This document shows, one piece after another, positions 52,550-64,000 of a stretch of 64,000 nt of DNA (its first letter is position 1; each line of letters begins with the position of its first letter). The stretch is from Leucoraja erinacea (taxonomy: Eukaryota), in the NCBI RefSeq assembly GCF_028641065.1, contig NC_073391.1, positions 42,408,001 through 42,472,000 on the forward strand, in the 5' to 3' direction. Made by a program: the position numbers and the translations under genes. Below the pieces are notes generated by a model. It did no database searches. It was not told the origin of the DNA and was given only the letters and a program-made list of their open reading frames with translations.

Positions 52550-53810
52550 GTGTGCGGATGACACAAAGCTGGGTGGCGAAAAAATCAAACTGGGATGGTG
52601 GCTCAACCGTGGCTGACTGAAGTCAAGGATAGTGTTAAATCCAAGGAAGAGGCATATGAATTGGACAGAAGAAGTGACAGACCAAACTGGGAAAAATTTA
52701 GAACTCAATAGAGGAGGACAAAGGCATTAATTAGGAGGGGGGAAAAAGAGCAAGAAAGCTGGTGGGGAATATAAAAACTGACTGAAATCTTCTTTAGTTA
52801 TATAAAAAGGAAAAGATTAGTGAAGACAAATGTAGGTCCCTTACAATCAGAGACAGGGGAATTTATAATGGGGAACAAGGAAATGGCAGAACAGTTAGAC
52901 GAGTACTTTGGTTCTGTCTTCACTGAGGAAGACACAAAGAATCTCCCGGAAATACCAGGATCGAGGATCTAGTGGGAGGGAGGAACTGAAGGGAATCCAC
53001 ATTAGTCAGAAAATGGTGTTTGGTAAACATGGGACTGAAGGCAGATAAATCCCAGTTTACAATCTATATAGCTGTGGGGAGGATGCGATGAGGCTGCAGG
53101 GTGACTGGGTGGGTGAGTGGGATGAAGCATGGCAGATGCAGTATAATGTGGATAAATGTGAGGTTATCCACTTTGGTGGCAAGTACAGGAAGGCAGATTG
53201 TTATCTGAATTGTGTCAGATTAGGAGAAAGAGGTGCAATGAGACCTGAGTGTGCTTGTACATTAGTCATTGAGAGTAAGCATGCAGGTACGGCAGGCAGC
53301 GAAGAAAGCTAATGGCGTGTTGCCCTTCATAGCGAGAGGAGTTGAGTTTAAGAGCAAGGAGGTCCTACTGCAGTTGTACTGGGCCCTGGTGAGACTGCAC
53401 CTGGAGTATTGTGTGCAATTTTGGTCTCCAAATTTGAGGAAGGACATTATTGCTATTGAGGGAGTGCAGAGTAGGTTCACCAGGTAGATTCCTGGGAATG
53501 CGGAACTGACGTATGATGAAATAATGGGTCGACTAGGCTTGTAATCGCTGGAATTTAGAAGGATGAGAGGGAATCTTATAGAAACAAATAAAATTCTTAG
53601 AGGATTGGGCAGGGTAGATGCAGAAAAGATGTTCCTGATGTTGGGGGAGTCCAGAACCAGGGGTCACAGTTTAAGAATAAGAGGTCGGCCATTTAGGACT
53701 GAGATGAGGAAAAACCTTTACACCCAGAGAGTTGTGAATGTGTGGAATTCTCTGCCACAGAAGGCAGTGGAGGCCAATTCATTGGATGTTTTCAAGAGAG
53801 AGTTAGATTT
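52550..53810 (+). mobile_element. CR1 LINE ORF2 fragments (internally deleted)
   Basis: gcggatgacacaaagctgggtgg (ADDTKLGG); WQMQYNVDKCEVIHFG; LVRLHLEYCVQFWSP; RTRGHSLRIRG. Confidence 0.9.
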
Positions 53811-54157
53811 TGTATGGTGATCGATGCCCGCATGGACTCGGTGAGTTGAATGGCCTTTTTCCAACACTGCACCTCAAAAGTATTTCTAAAGTTTCATCCA
53901 GTATACAAAGATGAGTAAATCTCCTGACATGGGCTGTTTTAAAATAACGACATAAATCAACTCTGACATTGCTCCCTGCTTTTTAGCAGATAGCGTCCCA
54001 TGAACATTCCAAAGTGGCTGCAAGCTGATGTCATCAGCATCAAAACCGAGATTTGTGTTTGACTCAATCTGGCGGGGATTCCTGGCAGGAAATGCTGACT
54101 TTGAATACTAAAAAAAAAATCAGCATTCTTTGTACATTAGGAGGTGTTTTGGAGCTT

Positions 54158-54392
54158 AAGTTTAGTTTAAAGATACAGCGCGGAAACAGGCTCTTCGGCC
54201 CACCGAGTCCGTGCCGACCAGCGATCCCTGCACATTAACACTACCCTACACTGGGGATAATTTACACTTTATACCAAGCCAATTAACCTACAAACTTGGA
54301 CGTCTGGAGTGTGGGAGGAAACTGAAGATCTTGGAGAAAACCCACGGGTCACGGGGGGAATGTACAAACTCAGTACAGACAGCACCCGTAGT
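54158..54392 (-). mobile_element. HE1-like V-SINE, 5'-truncated
   Basis: Tail and V-core in reverse orientation. Confidence 0.8.
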
Positions 54393-54406
54393 CATGAACT
54401 GTCTGT

Positions 54407-54779
54407 AATAATAATAATAATAAGTTTATTTATATAGCACATTTATAGTCAATTTTCATTGACCCCAAAGTGCTTTACATAATTTAAAAATCAGTTCCAT
54501 ACAAAGCATAAAGATGGGTTAACAAAATAATAAAATGCATAAACAGGACACAACATGTAACATAAACATCCACCACAGCATTCATCACTGTGGTGGAAGG
54601 CACAAAAACTTTTGGCCGTCCTCCTCCCCCCCCCCCCCCCCCCCCCCCCCCGTGGACAAGACCAGAGTCCAGTCCAGGATCGGTCTTTCCTCACTGGAGA
54701 CCGCGGCTTCAAGATTGTATAGGCCGCAGGCCGGTGGTTGAGATTTAAAGTCCCCGGATAGTTGAGATTTAAAGTCCCC
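54407..54779 (-). mobile_element. GC-rich SINE-like element with core hairpin and L2-like (TTA)n tail
   Basis: Body shared with 50828-51030; different tail: gtaaagcactttggg...aaatgtgctatataaataaac(tta)n. Confidence 0.7.
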
Positions 54780-54809
54780 TTATAATCCAGATAGATAATA
54801 AAATAATTT

Positions 54810-57480
54810 ATTAGATGAACAGTGCAGGGACTGGCCCTTCACCCCACATTGTCTGCACCCAACATGATGCCCAGACCATCATTTATGTACATATGCATAA
54901 TCCATATCCCTCCATTCCCTGCATATCCATATGCCTATTTAAAAGATTTAAATGCCGCTATTGTATCTGTTTCAACCACCACCTCAGTCAGCCCATTCCA
55001 GGCACTCACCACCTCTTGTCTTTAAAGAAAAAAGCCCCATACATCTCCTTCAAAAACGTTGACTCCCTTAAAGCTCAGCCTTCTAATTGTAAGATTCCTG
55101 TATTAGCATCGTATAGCATGGAAACAGGCCCTGCGGTCCAACTTGGTCACACTGACCAACATAACCCGTCGACACTAGTCCCATCTGCCCAGCGCTTGGC
55201 CCATAACCTTCTAAACCTGCCCTTTCCATGGACCTGTCCAATTGTTAGATGGAGGAGAGAGTTTGTAGAGGGGAATTGGCTGGTTCTGCATTCTGGGAAG
55301 AAACGTTGGGCTTTAACCTGGTCGTAGAATTACTGGATGTCCATAGTCAAGATGGAGGAACAGGGGCCTGGAAAACTGAAGTAATTGAAGAGACGAAGGG
55401 CGCGTGATGTGTCTTGGACATTAGTCATTAACTTATCTTGGACATAACTGTTAACATCTCAGAGGTAGGGGAAAATGGTGGAGTTATAAGGAAAGATACA
55501 ATGTAAGAACGCTCGGAGAACGAATGGCAGCGTCAAGCAGAGTCGCATGGAGTCATGAATGCAAAACTGTATTCGACTACTGTGGAGTCTTGAAGGGTGG
55601 AGAAACAATTTGACAAGGTTTACAGAAGGCTTTTGTTAAAGAGGTTAGAACGCGTGGACTGGAAGTGATATATTGGCACGGATTGAGTGAGAACTTGTTG
55701 GCGGACATAACGAAATGTGGTGGGGGAGGGGGGGGTAGTAACATTGCAGGTTTGTAGGGTCTGACTGACCGAGTACTGTAGAAATCGTTACTTGGTGCCC
55801 AACTATTAAACATATAACATACAATATGAGCATTTGACTCCACTGGGCCTGTACTCGCAGGAGTTTAAAAGAAAGAGAGGGGACCTCATTGAAACGTACC
55901 GAATAGCGAAAGGCCTGGATAGAGTGGCTGTGGATAGGATGTTTCCACTAGTGGGAGAGTCTCGGACCAAAGGGCGGCACAGCCTCGGAATTAAAGGAAG
56001 CACTTTTGGAAGGGAGATGAGGAGGGCTCACTTTCGTCAGAGGGGGTGAATCTGTGGAATTCATTGCCTCTGACGGCTGTGGAGGCCAAGTCAATGGATA
56101 TTTTTAAGGCGGAGATTGATAGATTCTTGATGAGTGCGGTTGTGGGGAGAAGGCAGGAGAATGGGGTTGGGAGGGAAAGATAGATCAGCCCTGATTGAAT
56201 GACAGAGTAGACTTGATGGGCCGAATGGCCTAATTCTGCTCCTATGACTTGTGATTTATTTGACCGAGGGGAACTAAATACCCAAGTTTGTTGTTGATAC
56301 AAAACCAATCTGGATTCTGAGACTATTAAGATGCTGCAAGGCGTTATAGGCAAGCAAATTCATTGGCCAAGAATACAAAGGGGTTTTGAATGCGGAGGTT
56401 TTGAGGACATCCATTTAAGTGTCCCGAAAAGAAAATGAGTGTCTTTGATGACAAATTTGGAAACGTTGATGTTCAAAAGTACCTAGGTGCAGGTGCCTAG
56501 GCACAGGTATCTAGGTGCAGGTATTTTTGACTTGTCAGCCGCTTTAACAGAGTCGTACAGTGTGGAAACAGGCCCTTCAGTCCAACTTGTCCATGCCTAC
56601 CAACATGCCCCATCTGCACTCATCCCACCTGCCTGCTTTTGGCCCATATCCCTCTAAACCTGTCCTATCCATGTAACTATCTAAATGTTTCTTAAACATT
56701 GTGACAGTACCTGTTCCATACGTCCATCAGCCTTTGTGTAAATAAACATTCCTCCTCCGATTACCATTAAATACCCCCCTCCCCCCCCCCAACCTTAAAC
56801 CTACGTCCTCTGGTTTTCGAATCCCTCATTCTCCAAGGCAAAATTCACCATCTATTCCTCTCATGATTTTGTACACCTCTATGAGATCACCTCCTCATCC
56901 TCCAAGGAATAGATTCCGAGCCTGCTCGACCCCTCCCTTTAGCTCAGCCCCTCAGGTCCTGGCTACATCTTGGTAAATCTTCTCTCATCCCTTTCAAGCT
57001 TGACAACATCTTTCCTATAACTTGGTGGGCAAAACTTCACACAAGTCACCTACACGAAGCGAGCCTACAGTTGCAGCAAACAATTGGGAGGGAATATGGT
57101 ACATTGGACTTTACACTTAAAACGTCTTGTAATTAAACACTGATTGTAATTATTATAGGGCGTTGGTGAGACTGCACCTGTTATATTGCATTGGTCTTCC
57201 TAACTAAATTACAATGTACCTGCTGTATATGGAATACAATAAAGATTCACTAGATTGATTCCGGGGTGGTGGATTTGCCGTATGAAGAGAAATTGAGCGG
57301 ACCAGGATTGAATTCACTGAAGAATGAAGAGCTCTCGGTACAGGAATCAACGGAGTGGATACGGGAATGATATTAGCCACTGGCAGAGGAGTCTAGACTG
57401 TGGCGGTTGCAGTCTCAGAACAGGGTTTAGGGAGATTGAGGAGCAAATGAATTTTCCTCCCTCTGTGTGAAAGTTCTGAT
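54810..57480. mobile_element. Cluster of CR1 fragments (54810-55240 minus, 55817-56255 plus, 56545-57045 minus, 57050-57480 plus) and a Rex-like remnant (55240-55780 minus)
   Basis: ORF 55834 LGLYSQEFKRKRGDLIETYRIAKGLDRV; several CR1 3' signatures. Confidence 0.7.
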
Positions 57481-57487
57481 TTTTTTA

Positions 57488-58170
57488 CAGCATGCAGGTG
57501 CAGCAGGCAGTGAAGAAAGCGAATGGTATGTTAGCATTAATTGCAAAAGGATTTGAGTATAGGAGCAGGGAGGTTCTACTGCAGTTGTACAGGGTGTTGG
57601 TGAGACCACACCTGAAGTATTGCGTACAGTTTTGGTCTCCTAATCTGAGGAAAGACATTCTTGCCATAGAGGGAGTGCAGAGAAGGTTCACCAGACTGAT
57701 TCCTGGGATGTCAGGACTTTCATAAGAAGAAAGACTGGATAGACTCGGCTTGTACTCTCTAGAATTTAGTAGATTGAGGGGGGGTCTTATAGAAACTTAC
57801 ATGATTCTTAGGGGGTTGGACAGGCTAGATGCAGGAAGATTGTTCCCGATGTTGGGGAAGTCCAGAACAAGGGGTCACAGTTTAAGGATAAGGGGGAAAT
57901 CTTTTAGGACCGAGATGAGAAAAACATTTTTCACACAGAGAGTGGTGAATCTCTGGAATTCTCTGCCACAGAAGGTAGTTGAGGCCAGTTCATTGGCTAT
58001 ATTTAAGAGGGAGTTAGATGTGGCCCTTGTGGCTAAAGGGATCAGGGGGTATGGAGAGAGGGCAGGTACGGGATACTGAGTTGGATGATCAGCCATGATC
58101 ATATTGAATGGCGGTGCAGGCTCAAAGGGCCGAATGGCCTACTCCTGCACCTATTTTCTATGTTTCTATG
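57488..58170 (+). mobile_element. Young CR1 LINE 3' fragment
   Basis: ORFs 57492 and 57750 are in frame and separated by one TAA; (tttctatg)n tail. Confidence 0.9.
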
Positions 58171-58269
58171 TTTACACTGCGGGCATGCGGAGCTTAATTT
58201 TCGTGTTCGTTTAAAACGCAAAAACCTGCAGGATATTGCAACAGAATTGTGCCGAGATAGATGGTCGTC

Positions 58270-59080
58270 CATTAACGCAGAACAGTTGGGTACAGCACAA
58301 GATCAGGCCCTTCGGCCCACCATGTCTGTGCCAAACATGATGCCAAGACCATCACTTATCTGCTTGCACATAGCCCACATCCCTCCATGCCCTGCGTATC
58401 CCAAAGTCTTGTAAATGCCATTCATGTTTCTGCTTCAAACACCACCTCTGGCAGTGTATTCCAGGCACTAACCACCCTCTGTGTGAAAAAGACACTTGCC
58501 CCGTGCATCGTTTTAGACCAAAAATAGATTTATTCAAGTATTTACAATACTACTTGCAATACGAACCTATTCAAAACAAACCCCATGCTTCTCGTTTAAA
58601 CTTTGCCCCTTTCACCTTTAAGCTATGCCCTCTAGTATTTCATTGCTCCATCCTGGAAAAAAAAGAATCTGACTGTCCACCCTATCTATGCCTCTCATGA
58701 CACGGAACAAAAGCTTTTCACTGAACCTCGTTTCACATGAGACTAAACTAAACTAAACTAATTTTCTATAAACTTGAACAGATACAAAGAAAATAAAGGG
58801 TACAGCCTCAGAATAAAAGGACGTACCTTTACAATGGAGATGAGGAGGAATTTCGTTAGCCAGAGGATGGTGAAACTGGAATTCATTGCTGCAGACGGCA
58901 GACGGAGGCCAAGTGAATGGGTATCTTTAAAAGTGCAGACTGACAGATTCTCGATTAGTAAGGGCGTTATAGGTTACGGGGAGAAAGCAGGAGAGGGTAA
59001 AATAGATCAGTCATGATCAAATGGCAGGGCAGACCCAATGGGCCGAATGGCCTAATTCTACTCCAAAGTCTTATGATCTC
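58270..59080. mobile_element. CR1 3' fragments (58270-58700 minus, 58795-59080 plus)
   Basis: caggcccttcggcccac signature; ORF 58774 GYSLRIKGRTFTMEMRRNF. Confidence 0.7.
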
Positions 59081-59264
59081 TGAATTTATCTCCATTGTGC
59101 TTTAGGATTTTGAGTTTGCAAAATGTCATGGAATTTTGCAGCTTATTTAAATTGTTAAGGAAAAAAAAATCCTTAAAGCAATTCTCGTTTGTCAGGTTTC
59201 ATTCATTTTTTTATTAGTAATTCCTCAGTCCAACATACTCAGAGTTGTGCAAACCTCTGTAAAA

Positions 59265-59650
59265 GTTTAGTTTAGAGATACAGTGCGTCCACGCCGACCA
59301 GCGANNNNNNNNNNNNNNNNNNNNNNNNNNNNNNNNNNNNNNNNNNNNNNNNNNNNNNNNNNNNNNNNNNNNNNNNNNNNNNNNNNNNNNNNNNNNNNNN
59401 NNNNNNNNNNNNNNNNNNNNNNNNNNNNNNNNNNNNNNNNNNNNNNNNNNNNNNNNNNNNNNNNNNNNNNNNNNNNNNNNNNNNNNNNNTCATCCGATCA
59501 ACCTACAAACCTGGACGTCTCAAGTGTAGGAGGAAAGCTGAACACCCGGAGAACGTACAAACTCCGTACAGACAGCACCTGTGGTCAGGATCGAACCTGG
59601 GTCTCTGGCGCTGTAAGACAGCAACTCTACCGCTGTGCACTATGCTGCCA
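59265..59650 (-). mobile_element. HE1-like V-SINE spanning an assembly gap
   Basis: Tail lies before the gap; core and head lie after it. Confidence 0.7.
59305..59489. other. Assembly gap (N run)
   Basis: Run of N. Confidence 0.99.
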
Positions 59651-60169
59651 TCCCCGGAGGGACTCATTGGCAGCATCGGTGGAGGGGATGGAGAGGTGAC
59701 ATTTTGAGTGTGGTCCCTTCATCAGACACTGAGTGCCGGTGCTATTGTAAAGCTTAAATGTGTGGAAAATAGAACATAAGAGATTAATTTGTCCAATTCC
59801 TATGAGATGTGGAGAGCAGTGAACTTTATGCACCAATATATACTTTCAAGTCAAATGTAAGCTTTGTGAGCATAAATTTGCATTATAATCACTCCCCAGC
59901 AAATGTTAGTTTTACATAAATCATCCTTGTTAAAATCTTTTGAAGGGGTGGTGTGAAGGTTATTTTACCAAATAAAATTGCAAATGTCCATTTCATAAAC
60001 ATTCCAATGGAAAATATGAGGAAATCCTTAATTAGGGAGGAAAAATGGTCTCTCTTGTGGGTTTTATTTTCCAATGTTGGTGGTGGGTAATAATACCACA
60101 AGCTATAGGCATATCTTTTCACCTTAAAAGGGCAAGTCAGGCATTCCAGTGAAATGTGACAGTGTAAAT

Positions 60170-60720
60170 TAGTTTGGTTTAGAGATACAGCGTGGAAACA
60201 GGCCCTTCGGCCCACTGAGACCGCACCATCCAGCGATCCCCGCACATTAACGCCATCACACACACTCACACTCACACTCACACTCACTCTGGAGTCAATT
60301 TACATTGCTACCAAGTGAATGAACCTACAAACCTGTACGTCTTTGGAGTGTGGGAGGACATTGAAAATGTCGGAAAATAATCAGCCCTAATTAACTTACT
60401 CATTTAGGCACGGTGGAGCAACGGCGAAGTGGCTACCTTACAGCGCTCGCAGCGCCTGAGTCCCGGGTTCGATCCTGACTACGGGTGCTGTCCGTACGGA
60501 GTTTGCACGTTCTCCCCGTGACCCGCGTGGGGTTTTCCCCGGCTTTCTCCCACACTCCAATGACGTTCAGGTTTGTGGGTTAATTTGGCTTCTGTACATT
60601 GCAAATTGTCCCTTGATTGCAGGCTGCCGTTAGTGCACGGGCATCGCTGGTCGGCGTAGACTTGGTGGGCCACTGGGCCTGTTTCTGTGCTGCATCTCTA
60701 AACTGTAAACTACTGTAAAC
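60170..60720. mobile_element. Two divergently oriented HE1-like SINEs (60170-60375 minus, 60407-60720 plus)
   Basis: Tails point outward; B-box gggttcgatcc at 60465. Confidence 0.8.
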
Positions 60721-61229
60721 TGAACTATGAAATGCAGCTAAACCTGACTGAATCAAACAACTCAACACTCCGATCATTTGTTTCTCAAAGGTACTGTAAT
60801 CCTTTGATACAAAGGTGAATGATAGGCTCTCAATGAGCCATTAATAGTGTCCTATCCACAATTATAAAATGTTATTATAGCTGCACTTATCAACTGACGT
60901 CACTGAATCCCACATGAGAGAATCTTACTATCTACCTTTGACATTTAACCCCATTGCCATTACTGAGTTCTCCATCATCAACGTCCCCTGGGTTCAGTAT
61001 TGACCAGAAACACAAATGAAGCAACCACTGTGTTTATGTGAGCAGGTTAGAGGCAGAATTCTACACCTTGAGTAATTCACCTCCCTAAAGATTTCCAAAG
61101 TAACATGTCAAGGGTGTGCTGGAATATTTATCCTGTGCCTGCGTGAGTTCAGATTAAACGGTGTTTAATAAACACAATGCCATCGCATTCCATCGAGATG
61201 TTGCCAAGTGTAGAAGTTGGGAGGTCATG

Positions 61230-62775
61230 TTCCTTGAAGGTGGAGTCCGCAGGTAGATAGGGTGGCCAAAAAAGCAGTGAGCATATTGGCCTTCATCAGT
61301 CAGAGCATTGAGTATAGAAGTCGGGAGGTCATGTTGCAGTCGTTTTAAGACATCGGTGAGACCGTATTCGAAGTATTGTGTTCAGTTCTGGGCACCATGT
61401 TACAGGAAACATGTGGCCGGGCTGGAAAGGGTGCAGAGAAAATTTACAAGGATGTTGCCCAGGGCTAGAGGGTCTGAGCTACAGGGAGCTAGTCTGATCG
61501 ACACAATAAAGCTGGAGTAACTCAGCGGCTCAGGCAGCATCTCTGGAAAAAGTTATAGGTGCCATTTTGGGTCGGAGCCCTTCTTCAGATTGAAAGTAGG
61601 AGAGGGAGGGGGGGGTTGAAAAAAAGTGGAAAGGAGAAAGGTATTGACATGTGGAAGATGGGTACTTAAGTGAGTAGTGATCTGGAGATGGTGCATTGGC
61701 GAATAACTGGAATAATGGGATAAATATAAGATTTCAGGCAATGTTCATTTCAGGCAAGAAAGTTGGATTTTTCTCCTTGGAGCAGACTTATTTGGATAGC
61801 ACACAAAACAAATCATGTATAAAATAATGAGGGAATAGGTAGGGTAAATACACCTAGTCCTTTACCCAGGGGAGGAGAATCAAGAACCAGCGGACATAGG
61901 TTTAAGGCGGGAGGGGGAAGGATTTAATAGGAAGCTGAGGGGCAACTTTCTTGCACATAGGGTTATGGATATATATGGAACAGGTGGCCAAAGGAGGCAG
62001 TTGTGGAGGAAACTAGAACAACTTTGAAAGACTTCAGGACAGGTACATGGAGAGGGGTTAAGAGGGATATGGGCTAAACGCTGCCAGGTGGGATCAGTGT
62101 TGATGGGGCATCTAGGCCAGCATGAAAAAGTTGGGTCGAAGGGCCTGTTTCCGTTCTGTATGACTGATTCTCTATGACTGAAGTTTTTCACTGTCCCTTG
62201 GTACACGTGACAGTAATGAGCCTAAACCAAACTGCCAGAACAAGGGGTCACAGATTAAGGATAAGGGGGAAATCTTTTAGGACTGAGATGAGAAAAACAT
62301 TTTTCACACAGAGCGTGGTGAATCTGGCCACAGAATATAGTTGAGGCCAGTTCATTGGCTATATTTAAGAGGGAGTTAGATGTGGCCCTTGTGGCTAAAA
62401 GGATCAGGGGGTATGGAGAGAAGGCAGGTACAGGATACTGAGTTGGATGATCAGCCATGATCATATTGAATGGCGGTGCAGGTTCGAAGGGCCGAATGGC
62501 CTACTCCTCCACCTATTTTCTATGTTTCTATGCACACTTGGATCCATAAACATGTGACACATTGACATGGCAAATATCATGGTGTATTGTTCCAGGAACA
62601 CTATGATCAAATTTACTATAATATTCATGTTCATACGTTCTTTGAGCAGAATTAAGCCATTCAGCCCATCAAGTCTGCTCTGCCATTCGATCATGGCTGC
62701 TCTATCTGTCTCTCTCAACCCCTTCTCCCCATAACCCCTGGCACCCGTACTAATCGCGAATCTGTCAGCCTCCGC
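61230..62775. mobile_element. CR1 fragments (61230-61490, 61770-62180, young 62233-62531 plus; 62645-62775 minus) and a Penelope end (61500-61620 minus)
   Basis: ORF 61308 VRPYSKYCVQFWAPCYRK; 62233-62531 is near-identical to 57860-58170. Confidence 0.75.
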
Positions 62776-62780
62776 CCTTT

Positions 62781-63647
62781 TAGTTTAGTTTAGAGATACA
62801 GCACGGAAGCAGGCCCTTCGGCCCACCGAGTCCGTACCGACCAACGATCCCCGCACACCAACACTATCCCACACACACACACACACACTTGGGACAAAGG
62901 AGAAAGGACATTTATTGTCACATACACCAATCGGTGTGGTGCAATTTGAGTTGCCATTGCTTGGCGTTCCGAAACGGCCGCTTCCTCCCGGAGACCGCTG
63001 CTCCCGAAGTCCACAGGCCGCGCTGGGCGGAGCTCCAACAATGGCGCCCTCAGCGAGGGATCTCGGCCGAGCCGCCGCGGCTGGAAACTCCGCAGACCAC
63101 AGCTCCACGATGTTGAAGTCGGCAGTCTCAGCTCTCCGGAGCTCCAACACGGCAACCCGGGTAAGGCACCGCCCCGCTCCGCCATGGTACCTCAGTGCTG
63201 AAGCTGCAGCTCCAAGCTCTGGCCGGTCTCCGACAGGAAAGGCCGCTCCAATCCAAATGGTAGGCCGTGAGGAGTGGGCGAAGATGTGGCTCGGAGGAAA
63301 GACACATCCTCGCCCAGGCAAGGACTGGACCCCACCCCCCACCCCCCACATAAAAAGAATAAAAGGCCTCCAGAACAAAACTTTTTAACAAACTAAATTA
63401 AAAGAAATCAATTAAATAAATAAATTGATACATTTATCCAATTATACAGTAGCAACCAATTAACCTACAAACCTGTACATCTTTGGACTGTGGGAGGAAA
63501 CCGATGATCTCGGAGAAAACCCACGCAGGGTCACGGGGAGAACGTACAAACCCCGTACGGACAGCACCCGAAGTCAGGATCGAACCCGGGTCTCAGGTGC
63601 TGCAAGCGCTGTAAGGCAGCAACTCTACCGCTGCGCCACCGTGCCTT
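62781..63647 (-). mobile_element. HE1-like SINE split into 62781-62897 and 63455-63647 by a GC-rich insertion
   Basis: Tail half and head half lie on either side; the head carries cacggtggcgcagcggtagag and gggttcgatcc on the minus strand. Confidence 0.8.
62898..63450 (-). mobile_element. GC-rich retroelement-like insertion related to 29980-30728
   Basis: Shares aacatcgtggagctg and the T-rich then G-rich leader layout; tail tgtgacaataaa. Confidence 0.55.
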
Positions 63648-64000
63648 CCCTTGACTTAGCTTCCTCCTTTCCAGTCTAGTGTTCCTATGTTTGATATAAT
63701 TCAGACAATTCAACAATGAAGCCCGTGAATTCATGGCTCATTAAGACTGGAGATTAATCAGGTTCAAAGGTTGCGAATAAATGATTGAACTGCCCGAAGG
63801 AGTGGTCACTGCCTCTCCTTACGAATTCCTATCGATTTTGGTCTTGAAATTTGATCTCCTCAAGGGTTGACTATTACCCAAAGTGATTTCCATTAATGGA
63901 AGTCTATTGACGGACGAATCATCCCAAGGCAATTCACAAATGGACAAAAGAAAAATGAATCTTAGCAGTGACGCATGAGGAGAGGTGTCCTAAAATTCAC

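Noticed and set aside
62785-63391. Several long ORFs in a GC-rich segment, or a CpG-island promoter
   Set aside because: Lies within an insertion that splits a SINE; no recognisable protein.
41700-64000. Exons of a neighbouring gene such as RNLS
   Set aside because: No recognisable coding exon found on either strand; short diverged exons cannot be excluded.

Overview
Eukaryotic (vertebrate) genomic DNA. The repeat content (HE1-like V-SINEs, abundant CR1, Rex1/Babar and Penelope elements) points to a cartilaginous fish, probably a skate or ray; this is an inference. The window holds the 3' part of a PTEN gene on the + strand: exons 3-9 (3621-38170), all with AG/GT boundaries. Exons 3-7 have the human exon lengths. 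A ~3.5 kb repeat-free 3' UTR follows, ending near 41653. Exons 1-2 lie upstream of the window. The rest is TE-rich intron and intergenic DNA, with two assembly gaps. Most ORFs in the supplied track are TE remnants or chance ORFs. Most notable observations: (1) many Penelope-derived ends carry minimal hammerhead-ribozyme cores, often as inverted hairpins, some on the PTEN pre-mRNA strand; (2) a GC-rich SINE-like family has a conserved core hairpin and apparently swapped LINE-type 3' tails; (3) a complete non-autonomous Helitron lies in intron 7; (4) two Harbinger-like MITEs are present, one 27 nt from the exon 5 donor; (5) the PTEN 3' UTR and its miRNA seeds look deeply conserved, while the protein has a few unusual substitutions such as R161I. 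Comparisons with human PTEN and TE family assignments are from recall, not from a search. TE boundaries are approximate.
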